Positions 10,353 to 18,382 of a stretch of 64,000 nucleotides of DNA are shown here, piece by piece. Positions within the stretch are counted from its first letter, which is position 1. Each line of letters opens with the position of its first letter. Origin of the DNA: Blastocatellia bacterium (GTDB lineage: Bacteria > Acidobacteriota > Blastocatellia > UBA7656); the NCBI GenBank assembly GCA_963765495.1, contig CAVXWP010000008.1, positions 256,001 to 320,000 on the forward strand. The letters are read 5' to 3'. The notes below the pieces were generated by a model. It was not told the origin of the DNA. It searched no databases and was given only the letters and a program-made list of their open reading frames with translations. A program made the position numbers and the translations under genes.

Positions 10353-11483
10353 TCAGACAGTGCGAGCAATGCCTTCTCTTACCCGGTTCGATCTTTCAAT
10401 CGCCTTCTCTGCGGAGTGTTGATTCTCTTTCGCCCTTATGATCGGCAGAATCTCTTTTCCAAAAAACTCCATCTCTTCCAGTTTTGGCCAGCCCGAGAAG
10501 ATGAATTGTGTAATACCTATGTGCCCATAATTGAGTATCGCGTCGGCAACCTCTTTGGCCGACCCCACAAGCGCGATTGCGGGAGCGCCATGCGAGCGAA
10601 CCGCGCCTGTCCAGAGCGTGCGGTTCAACCACTCGGTATTTGCAAGCTCGTGAGTTCTGGCGAATCCTACAGAGTCACTGTTGCTAATGAAACTCCTCTC
10701 CATATCTTTTTCCCTGAGCTTCGCGTCAAGACGCTCGACAAGCTGGGTTGCCGCCCGTATCGCCTCTCGTCGAGTAGGTCTGGAAATGATCGAGCATCGA
10801 AGCCCCACCTCTTTTCCGCTCGCAAGTATAGGCTGAATGTCGGGGAGCAATCTTTCGGGAGTGTCGGCGAGCCGCATCCAGCAGGTACCCTGATGGATTG
10901 CCAGGTGTTGGGCGGGCCGGGAATTTCCCGCGATATACAATTCGGGGAATGACCTGTCATTCGAGATGAAGGGGGTATTCAGCCTGCCGTTCTCTATCTG
11001 ATAATACTTGCCGTCAAAATTGACCGGGCCGTAATTCTTCCAGAAGCCGTGACAGACGGCCAGAAACTCTTCGGTTCGCTCGTACCTCTCGTCGTGAGAG
11101 AGAAAATCGCCATAGTAGCGTTGCTCTTCCGGTGAGTGGCCGGCCACGATGTTTAGCGAGAATCGCCCGTTTATCAGCGCCGATAGCGTGTTCAATTGCT
11201 GGACGAATGTTGTAGGAGAGAGCAAACCCGAGCGATAGGCGATGATAAATTTGACCTTTTCGGTTGCAAGCCCGAGTGCGGTGGCAAGCAGAATGGGGTC
11301 AGGCTTTGAGTACCCGAAATCTGTCAGCAGCGAATCTATGCCACTGCTTTCGGCGACCCGGCAGAAATGGGTCTGGGTCTCAAGGTCGGGAAGCGATGTG
11401 TCAATTTTTGTGGCTGCCAGAGCCCTGGTCTTGCCTGACCCTTCGCCTCTTTGTAACAGCCTCCAATGAAATCTCAATGCCAT
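10353..11483 (-). CDS. LLM-class (luciferase-like, SsuD-related) flavin-dependent monooxygenase
   Basis: AE..G.DSLL, GRFSLNIVAG, HDERYERTEEFL, IALVGS..EVAD motifs. Start moved to MALRFHW (ATG 11483, purine-rich RBS). Confidence 0.88.
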   Translation of the reverse strand: MALRFHWRLLQRGEGSGKTRALAATKIDTSLPDLETQTHFCRVAESSGIDSLLTDFGYSKPDPILLATALGLATEKVKFIIAYRSGLLSPTTFVQQLNTLSALINGRFSLNIVAGHSPEEQRYYGDFLSHDERYERTEEFLAVCHGFWKNYGPVNFDGKYYQIENGRLNTPFISNDRSFPELYIAGNSRPAQHLAIHQGTCWMRLADTPERLLPDIQPILASGKEVGLRCSIISRPTRREAIRAATQLVERLDAKLREKDMERSFISNSDSVGFARTHELANTEWLNRTLWTGAVRSHGAPAIALVGSAKEVADAILNYGHIGITQFIFSGWPKLEEMEFFGKEILPIIRAKENQHSAEKAIERSNRVREGIARTV

Positions 11484-11523
11484 CCGGCTTCTCTCCCTTC
11501 TATTATTTGCCCGGCCCGGTATC

Positions 11524-11563
11524 CAAATCTCAAATCTCAAATCTCAAATCTCAAATCTCAAAT
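11524..11563. repeat. Heptamer tandem repeat (CAAATCT)x5.7
   Basis: Directly visible between the two LLM genes. Confidence 0.95.
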
Positions 11564-11568
11564 TCATT

Positions 11569-12687
11569 TCAGCCTGTCAGACCCAAAATAATCTTGCGCT
11601 GTCTTTCGATCTCTCTATTCTTCTCGGCTTCCTGCTCTTTTGCCCTGATCAGGGGTAGTATCGCCTGACTGAAGAACTTCATCTCTTCAATATCGGGCCA
11701 CCCCATGAATAGAAATTGACTGACACCTGCTTCCTTATACTCCATAATCGCCGTAGCTATGTCTTCGGGCGAACCCACAAGGGCGATCGCTACGGCTCCA
11801 AGGTAGGGAACCGCGCCCGTCCAGAGATACTGACTCAGCCAGTCGGATTCGTTTTTTTCGGCCAGCGCGAATGTTGAGCGGAAAGCAACAGAATCAGATT
11901 TCTTCTCGAATTCCTTATGAGTCTTCTTCGGTTGTGTGCCGAGCTTGCGAATCATCGAGTTAGCATCATCTATCGCCTGCTTGCGGGTGGGTCTTGCAAG
12001 AATCGAAACAAGCAGCCCGACTTCTTTTCCCTGTGGTCGGAAAAGCTGAGTTCGAGACCTGATCTTTTCCGGCGTGTCAGGCAACCGCCAAAGGCAGTCG
12101 GCGTGCTTTAATGCCAGCGCTTCGGCAAGCGGCGAATTGCCGCCAAGAAAAATTTCGGGGCGCGGTCTTTCATCAGAAACGAAAGGCGTATTTAATTTGC
12201 CGTTCTCTATTCGATAATGCTTGCCCTCAAAGTTTACTTCACCGCTCTGTTCCCAGAATGCGCGACAGACGGTCAGGAACTCATCGGCCCGCTCATACCT
12301 TTCATCGTGGGTGAGAAAGTCGCCATATGCGCGTTGCTCGCCGGGCGTATGGCCTGCGACTACATTGAGGCAAATTCGCCCGTTTGTCAGTGCAGAGACG
12401 GTATTGACCTGTTGCACGAATACGGTTGGAGAGAAGATGCCTGACCGGACCGCTACCATAAACTTTATGCGCTCGGTCATCATTCCAAGCCCGCTTGCAA
12501 GTGCTATGGGGTCTGGACGGTGAAAGCCAAAGGCTGTCAGCAGGGAATCCATCTCGCAGGCTTCGGCTGTGCGGCAAAATCGCAGATGAGCCTCAAGGTC
12601 GGGGATACCCGACTGTTCGGCTCTTGCCTTTGCGCCCTTCAATCTCTCTCCGGCCGCCGACATGCTCCAATGAAATCTCAGGCCCAT
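11569..12687 (-). CDS. LLM-class flavin-dependent monooxygenase (paralog of 10353-11483)
   Basis: Same motifs (LRFHW, HDERYERADEFL, LWTGAV, IALVGS); RBS GAGGAG before MGLRFHW. Confidence 0.88.
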   Translation of the reverse strand: MGLRFHWSMSAAGERLKGAKARAEQSGIPDLEAHLRFCRTAEACEMDSLLTAFGFHRPDPIALASGLGMMTERIKFMVAVRSGIFSPTVFVQQVNTVSALTNGRICLNVVAGHTPGEQRAYGDFLTHDERYERADEFLTVCRAFWEQSGEVNFEGKHYRIENGKLNTPFVSDERPRPEIFLGGNSPLAEALALKHADCLWRLPDTPEKIRSRTQLFRPQGKEVGLLVSILARPTRKQAIDDANSMIRKLGTQPKKTHKEFEKKSDSVAFRSTFALAEKNESDWLSQYLWTGAVPYLGAVAIALVGSPEDIATAIMEYKEAGVSQFLFMGWPDIEEMKFFSQAILPLIRAKEQEAEKNREIERQRKIILGLTG

Positions 12688-12761
12688 TTCTTTATTCTCC
12701 TCTTGAGTGCGCAAGTCGAAGACCCTCTACGGTCTCCGGGCCCTCAAATCGAGGTGATGAC

Positions 12762-13955
12762 CTAAGGCTTGTAAAAGGACGGGTCAAATGTCTCTCCGAG
12801 CAGAGACTTGCCGATTGTCGCCAGTATATGATCGTCATTATCGTGGCGAACATAAAAGGAGAGGTCCCTGTAAATGCGTTCAATCGGGCTTGGGCGATTC
12901 AACGATCTGGCTCCGCACGCCTTTATAGAGTGCCTCACGGTCTCTTCCGCAAGATGTTCGATCACATAGCGAGCGCGGCTTCCGGCGAGCTTTGCCTCTT
13001 CATACTTACCCGTTTCCCAGAGTCCGGCCACGTGCAGAAGCCATAGATGCGCCGTCTCGATGTTGATAGACATACGGGCTATGTGTTGCTGCACGTAAGG
13101 GTCGCCTCCCTTTTTCTGGTTCTTCAGATAGGTCATCGCATAGTCGTGTGCAGCTTCGGCCGCGCCCAGAAAGCTTGCCGCGTAATGCGGGATGAAACAG
13201 GTTTGCCACCCATCGGTGATGTATTGCCCGGGGCGTCCGATCATATTTTCGTCGGGGATAAATGTTTGCTCGAACCGGGCCATGTAGCTGACTGTCCCCC
13301 TCATTCCAATCGGGTCCCACCACGAAGGATCGTAGGAGACGCTTTTATCCGAGAGATCGCAGGCCAGCATCAACAGCCCTTCGGTCGAGCCGCTTGAGTG
13401 GCGTGCTCCGCCCGGACCGGCCGTGTTTACGAGCAGAATCGCCCAGTTTGCCGCCCCCGCGCTTGTTGAAAAGACTTTTGTTCCGTCTACGATATAGCCG
13501 CCGCTTGTTTTTTCAACATAGGTTCCGAATCTAATCTTCTCTCCGGGGGCCTGCGCCTGTGGCTCGCCGCTCCACGCTACCCATTTTTCCCCGCGCTCGA
13601 CAACGCCTTCAAACCACCTGGATTTTTGCGATTCGGTTGCGAGCCCGGTAAGAAGTACGAGCGAATTCGCGTGGCCTTCCCAGCATCTGGCAAGCGAAAG
13701 GTCGGCCCTGGCCATCTCTTTTGTCATCATCCAGAGTGTAAAGACATCGCCGAGGTATGGGCCGAGGCCAAGCCCGCCGTATTCTTTCGGGGCTGCTGCG
13801 GCAAGCAATCCTTCACGAAAAAGGTCTTCGAAATCTTCGGTCGGGAACTCCGCCGCCCGGTCATAGTGGGAGGCGCGAGGCGCGAATTTTTCCTGAGCGA
13901 GCGCCGCTACGCGACCGAGCAAATCCTTCTTCTCCTGTGAGAGGGCAAATTCCAT
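12762..13955 (-). CDS. Acyl-CoA dehydrogenase-fold flavoprotein (DszC/SfnB-like monooxygenase branch)
   Basis: SEP, GTKVFST, WDPIGMRGTVS, CGARS...IERIYRD motifs. Confidence 0.85.
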   Translation of the reverse strand: MEFALSQEKKDLLGRVAALAQEKFAPRASHYDRAAEFPTEDFEDLFREGLLAAAAPKEYGGLGLGPYLGDVFTLWMMTKEMARADLSLARCWEGHANSLVLLTGLATESQKSRWFEGVVERGEKWVAWSGEPQAQAPGEKIRFGTYVEKTSGGYIVDGTKVFSTSAGAANWAILLVNTAGPGGARHSSGSTEGLLMLACDLSDKSVSYDPSWWDPIGMRGTVSYMARFEQTFIPDENMIGRPGQYITDGWQTCFIPHYAASFLGAAEAAHDYAMTYLKNQKKGGDPYVQQHIARMSINIETAHLWLLHVAGLWETGKYEEAKLAGSRARYVIEHLAEETVRHSIKACGARSLNRPSPIERIYRDLSFYVRHDNDDHILATIGKSLLGETFDPSFYKP

Positions 13956-13972
13956 AGCCGGAAACTCTCCTG

Positions 13973-14392
13973 TCAGGCGTCTTCGCCCGCAAGGTAGAAG
14001 AACTCTCTATAGAAATAATTCGACCTCCCGCTGTCGTCCTTGAATCTGGTGAAGTTGGCTATGACAAGCACCCCCTTCTTGACCATTCCTTGCAGATAGC
14101 TCTCCATGAAAGAGAAATCATAAAAAGCGCTAAAGGCCATCGCTTCCTTCGAGGCTACGTTGTCTGAAAAGGCATCGGCCCTGACTTCGCCCCAGTCACA
14201 GGGCGAGGGCTCACACGCTCCAAAGGCGCGGACAAACGGAGTGCCCTCCCGGTTTGTTACTTCGACCCTGACCAGCCCCTTAGTTTCGGCGTTTGAGTTT
14301 AGCCATGTGCCTGCAAGCGGAGTCGGGTCAACAGCGCCGCTTTCGGTTGATTCAATCTGTTCTTCGCTTCTTACGTATTGCATCGATTCCAT
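13973..14392 (-). CDS. Small uncharacterised beta-rich protein (paralog of 14446-14859)
   Basis: Shares TW.N, FVRAFGACEP.PCDWGEV, AF.A.YDF, RFKD.SGR..YF.RE.F with its neighbour. Start chosen at MESMQ (RBS GAGG). Confidence 0.8.
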   Translation of the reverse strand: MESMQYVRSEEQIESTESGAVDPTPLAGTWLNSNAETKGLVRVEVTNREGTPFVRAFGACEPSPCDWGEVRADAFSDNVASKEAMAFSAFYDFSFMESYLQGMVKKGVLVIANFTRFKDDSGRSNYFYREFFYLAGEDA

Positions 14393-14445
14393 AGTTCCTC
14401 TTATCAGGTGGCTCACGCCTTGTGACCTCAAAAAGAGCGCGACCC

Positions 14446-14859
14446 TTAACGATGAAAGTACTCTCTTGAGAAATAATCCGCGCGCCCGCTTCCGTCCTTG
14501 AACCGATTGAAGCTGGCAAGTATCAAGAGCCCCTTATTTATGTTCCCCTGAAGATGAGCCTCCAGATACCCGAAATCGTATGTGGCAGTGAAAGCATTTG
14601 CCTTTCCTGAGCCGACTCCGTCGGCAAACACAATATCGGCCTGCACCTCTCCCCAATCGCAGGGGGCAGGTTCACAGGCTCCGAATGCCCTTACGAAAAG
14701 GGCTCCGTCGACTTCGCTCAAGCTTACCCTGACAATGCCGTGAGTCTTGTCATAGGTGTTTTCCCATGTCTTCAGTAGAGGCGATAAATCGAGCTCTCCC
14801 GCAGGAGCGCTTTCTGAACCCAGACTATCCTGTTGTCTCAAAGATTGCCGTTCTGACAT
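14446..14859 (-). CDS. Small uncharacterised beta-rich protein (paralog of 13973-14392)
   Basis: Shares the motifs of its neighbour; purine-rich RBS upstream. Confidence 0.8.
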   Translation of the reverse strand: MSERQSLRQQDSLGSESAPAGELDLSPLLKTWENTYDKTHGIVRVSLSEVDGALFVRAFGACEPAPCDWGEVQADIVFADGVGSGKANAFTATYDFGYLEAHLQGNINKGLLILASFNRFKDGSGRADYFSREYFHR

Positions 14860-14897
14860 CCGTATTCTTCCTTTCCCCTATCCTCATTCACAAAATA

Positions 14898-16415
14898 TCA
14901 CTGGTCGAGAAGATGTGTATAGGCGGTTTCGGCTCCACGCCCAAGCAGTTCAGATGCTAAACCCTTGGGCATCTCCGATCCGGTCATCAACTGGAATTGT
15001 CGCCGAACCTGAGTCAGCAGCACATCTCTTCCATCAATGACACGTAGTCCGGCCTCGCGCGCCGAGGTCACAAGCGGCGTGGGGGTCGAACCGTAAACCA
15101 GATCCACTATAACGGTGTCTGTCCCCAGTCCTTCGAGAGAGAATGGAAACTGTCCATCGTCTCGCCCAACAGGCGTGGCATTTACGACTATTGCAAAGCC
15201 TTCGGGGCTAAATTGTGAGAGAGGCACAAAGGGTAGCCCCGATAACTTTACCGCAAGCTCACCTCGTTCCAACCCCCTATTGACAAGCAATACGCTCGCC
15301 CCCGCGTGGTCCATGGCTACAGCCATAGGCCGCCCCGATCCGCCGCAACCGACAACTGCGACGCGCTTACCTCTTACGGTCACGCCCAGTTCATCGAGCG
15401 CCAGCAGGACCCCGATTGAATCGGTGGTATCGGCGGTCCAGATGCCGTTTGTCCGAATAAAGAGGTTTGTCGAACCCGAGTGACGTACAAGCGATGTGCT
15501 TCCCCCGGCTTTTTCGAGCGCCGCCTCCTTGTGCGGCGAGGCTACGGTCAGCCCTCTCAATGAGATTCCCAATGATTCCAGTTCCTCGTTCTGTGTAAAG
15601 GCATTCCAGAACTCAGCGAAGGACTCTACGTGGAATGGGACATAAAGGGCCGGGCGATTTGTTAACTTGTATGCCGCGTTATGCAGTCGCGGAGAAAGCG
15701 AATGGAAAACCGGATTTCCGACTATGCCATAAATCTCGCTGATTGGATTCAAGGCAGGTAGCCCGTAATCCCCTATCAATTGCGAAATAGTAGGCTCGCC
15801 GTTTGAATTCTGAGTCTTTTGAGGCACCGCGAATACGAGCGGCGCGCCAAAGCGAGGAGCGACCAGTCGGCTCCAAAATCCGATATGACCGGATGCATAG
15901 GCCACGAGATCGCGCCTTCCCGAGAGCCTCAACAACGTGAGAGGGGCCATCTCCTCACCAACGCGTTCGGCTCGGGGGACGAGGCGGTAAATCGAAGCTC
16001 CGATTGAAGAGAAACGCTCCAGGCGCTCAAAGAGAGCCTGATGATTTGTCGCTTTCCCATGCCATGAAATGAATCGCCGGTCGGGCGGGATGGCTCTTAA
16101 CAGAGAAGGCTGAGTATCGCGCTCGCCTTCGATATCCACCGCATCATACTCTTTCGAGGCGAGCAGAAGACGGTGGCGACGCGCCTCTTCCGAGTCATCC
16201 GATTGTCCGCCTTCGGCGCGGCTCCGCAACGTGTATAAGAGTCGTCCACGGAAACGCGCCCGCAACCAGTCGGGCGAGATGTCGCCCGTCAGATCGGCCC
16301 TTACCTCAAGCCATTCGACCGAGCGGGGGAGGGTGGCCAGTTCATCCCCTCCCGCAGAAGGCGGTGTCATCAGAGTTGCGACAAGAGAAGCTTTTGTCAT
16401 TGACCGATTTTTCAA
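14898..16415 (-). CDS. Divergent type I 3-dehydroquinate dehydratase / shikimate dehydrogenase fusion (AroD-AroE-like)
   Basis: LEVRAD, T.RSRAEGG, VDIE, ISWH in the N-domain; GNPVFHSLSP..HN, P.K, TD..G, GCGG, VNATPVG, DLVY in the C-domain. Confidence 0.85.
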   Translation of the reverse strand: MKNRSMTKASLVATLMTPPSAGGDELATLPRSVEWLEVRADLTGDISPDWLRARFRGRLLYTLRSRAEGGQSDDSEEARRHRLLLASKEYDAVDIEGERDTQPSLLRAIPPDRRFISWHGKATNHQALFERLERFSSIGASIYRLVPRAERVGEEMAPLTLLRLSGRRDLVAYASGHIGFWSRLVAPRFGAPLVFAVPQKTQNSNGEPTISQLIGDYGLPALNPISEIYGIVGNPVFHSLSPRLHNAAYKLTNRPALYVPFHVESFAEFWNAFTQNEELESLGISLRGLTVASPHKEAALEKAGGSTSLVRHSGSTNLFIRTNGIWTADTTDSIGVLLALDELGVTVRGKRVAVVGCGGSGRPMAVAMDHAGASVLLVNRGLERGELAVKLSGLPFVPLSQFSPEGFAIVVNATPVGRDDGQFPFSLEGLGTDTVIVDLVYGSTPTPLVTSAREAGLRVIDGRDVLLTQVRRQFQLMTGSEMPKGLASELLGRGAETAYTHLLDQ

Positions 16416-16545
16416 GCCGTTACCTTTGCGCGATGCCGATCAATTCCGAGTTCCAGAGTCGTTTCGTCTCTTTTCCCGGGCCTTTCATGCGGTCTTGACC
16501 AAGACGAAAAAATGCGGGTAATAGAACCGGCGTTTTAAGATTCGT

Positions 16546-17247
16546 TTAAGACGAAGGCTGAAACGGAGACAGCTTCCAGACATAATCACCATATGCCCTG
16601 CCGACCGACCGTTTTGCGTTTTGATGGCATTGAACACAAAGCCAGGGCTTGCCCGCCTGAACCTCTCCCTTGAAGACTTCAAATGTGTAGTTTCTGCCCG
16701 GGACCATCTGAGTTATCCAGGGCTGGGTCAGCACGGTCGAAATATTCCCGTTGCAGTCGCCGGACGTGCACCCATACATCGCCCAAAACCATTCTTCTTC
16801 CCCGACCAGTGTTTGAAACCCTTTCACCTTGTACATCACTGTGAGCGAAACAAGCTGCGCGGAGGTTGGAGGCGAGTTCTTATTCTGCGGGTTCAGCTCA
16901 TAATTCTCCTTCACCATTATAGAGCCGTATTGCATCTGGAAAGGACTGGAGGGCTTCGAAATCGAATTAAAGGCCCGATCATTGACAAACACATTCACCC
17001 AGTCGCCGTGAGGGTTCTCGTCTACGCGAGTCGGGCCGGTGGTGCCCGGAAAATGCTGCCACCTGGTGTAAGGGCTTTCCTTTGTGATGTAATGCCAGAG
17101 CAGTCGCGGATTCGGGGGCGGCAGACCCGGAGCGGATGTCGCTGCAAGGGGCGCTGCTCTCTCAAGATTTCCGCTTGTAAGCATGATTCCGGCCATCACG
17201 ATCAGGGAAAGGATTAGGCCGATTCCTCGCCTCATTCGACTAGCCAT
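16546..17247 (-). CDS. Exported c-type cytochrome, cytochrome P460-like family
   Basis: Signal/TM segment; PHG...V.VN, GSIMVKENY, TVMYK, WFWA.Y and a C-terminal CVQCH heme motif. Confidence 0.75.
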   Translation of the reverse strand: MASRMRRGIGLILSLIVMAGIMLTSGNLERAAPLAATSAPGLPPPNPRLLWHYITKESPYTRWQHFPGTTGPTRVDENPHGDWVNVFVNDRAFNSISKPSSPFQMQYGSIMVKENYELNPQNKNSPPTSAQLVSLTVMYKVKGFQTLVGEEEWFWAMYGCTSGDCNGNISTVLTQPWITQMVPGRNYTFEVFKGEVQAGKPWLCVQCHQNAKRSVGRAYGDYVWKLSPFQPSS

Positions 17248-17581
17248 TGCGAGTTCCTCCTAAAATGCTGGGTGTCGGCTTGCTGCCGTTTTCATCAACT
17301 GCCTACAGGAGCCTTGAAGAAGAGGCAGGCGTAATGTTTTTCCCGGAGCCTGGCCACAATGATCCGCCCCTCCATAATTAAAGACGGTTTAGAATGTGAT
17401 TTGTGAATTCCGTAGAGGGTGTAAAGCGCACGACCGCATCACACCTCACATGCGATTAATTGTGGATTCATCTTCGATCACTAGAATAGTCATATCCGGG
17501 CGTGCAAGCCTTTCAGATGAGGCAGCGCATCAAAAAGGGAATAAATCTTGTCGAAAGGACTACAAAACCATCATGTCACGA

Positions 17582-18106
17582 ATGAAATTTGCAAATACGT
17601 TTCTCATCATTTTGAGCCTCTTATTCTGTCTTACCGCATCTGCTCAGGATTCCGAGAAGCCTGTGAAGATGAAGGACCTGCCAAAGGCTGTTCGGGAAAC
17701 GGTCCAGGCCCAGAGTAAAGGCGCGACCATTCGCGGACTTTCGAAGGAGGTTGAGGGTGGTAAAACCCTTTATGAAGCCGAGTTGAAAATCAATGGTCAC
17801 AACAAGGACGTTATCATCGATCCGACCGGAGCCGTAGTCACCATCGAAGAAGAGGTGCCCGTTGATTCGCTGCCCTCGTCCGTAAAGGCGGAGTTCGAAA
17901 AGCACGCGGCGGGAGGCAAAATTCAAATGGTCGAATCCATCTCAGAAAATGGCGCGATAATCGCCTATGAAGCGCACATAAAGACCGGGAAGAAGCGTCT
18001 GGAAGTAGAGGTTGGGGCTGATGGAAAGTTGATTAAAACTGAAAACGATGGCGAAGCCGAAGATAAAGAGCCGGCAGCAGGCAAGAAGGGTTCAAAGAAG
18101 CCATAG
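17582..18106 (+). CDS. Secreted PepSY-like/BLIP-like repeat protein
   Basis: Signal peptide MKFANTFL...ASA; two LP..V...YEA repeats. Start moved to ATG 17582. Confidence 0.75.
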   Translation: MKFANTFLIILSLLFCLTASAQDSEKPVKMKDLPKAVRETVQAQSKGATIRGLSKEVEGGKTLYEAELKINGHNKDVIIDPTGAVVTIEEEVPVDSLPSSVKAEFEKHAAGGKIQMVESISENGAIIAYEAHIKTGKKRLEVEVGADGKLIKTENDGEAEDKEPAAGKKGSKKP

Positions 18107-18112
18107 CCCGCC

Positions 18113-18157
18113 AAAATCTGAGACGCGAAAAATCTGAGACGCGAAAAATCTGAGACC
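18113..18157. repeat. 16-bp tandem repeat AAAAATCTGAGACGCG, about 3 copies
   Basis: Directly visible. Confidence 0.9.
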
Positions 18158-18165
18158 CTAAAGCG

Positions 18166-18202
18166 AGCAAGCGCCCGTACTTTGCGAGTCCGGGCGCTTG
18201 CT
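18166..18202. terminator. Stem-loop between the convergent PepSY-like gene and tRNA-Ser (likely terminator)
   Basis: 12-bp inverted repeat AGCAAGCGCCCG / CGGGCGCTTGCT. Confidence 0.75.
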
Positions 18203-18217
18203 GAGTGATAAATAAAG

Positions 18218-18307
18218 CGGAGAAGGAGGGATTCGAACCCTCGATAGGCCTTTACAGCCTATAGCGGTTTAGCAAACCGCCGCCCTCAGCCACTAGGCGA
18301 CTTCTCC
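18218..18307 (-). tRNA. tRNA-Ser (anticodon GCT); CCA not encoded
   Basis: Reverse complement reads GGAGAAG...GCGGT-TT-GCT-AA-ACCGC...long variable arm...GGTTCGAATCCC...CTTCTCC-G. Confidence 0.97.
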
Positions 18308-18322
18308 AAACGCGAAGCACAG

Positions 18323-18352
18323 AGTATACCCGAATGCCCGCGGGACTTTCAA
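18323..18352 (-). promoter_or_regulatory. Sigma70-type promoter of tRNA-Ser
   Basis: TTGAAA-N18-TATACT on the minus strand just upstream of the tRNA. Confidence 0.6.
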
Positions 18353-18382
18353 GGTCGGGTTTCAGGCGATCATGCCTTTTTC

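Noticed and set aside
18113-18157. CRISPR-like repeat
   Set aside because: The 16-bp units are contiguous with no spacers, and there are no cas genes.
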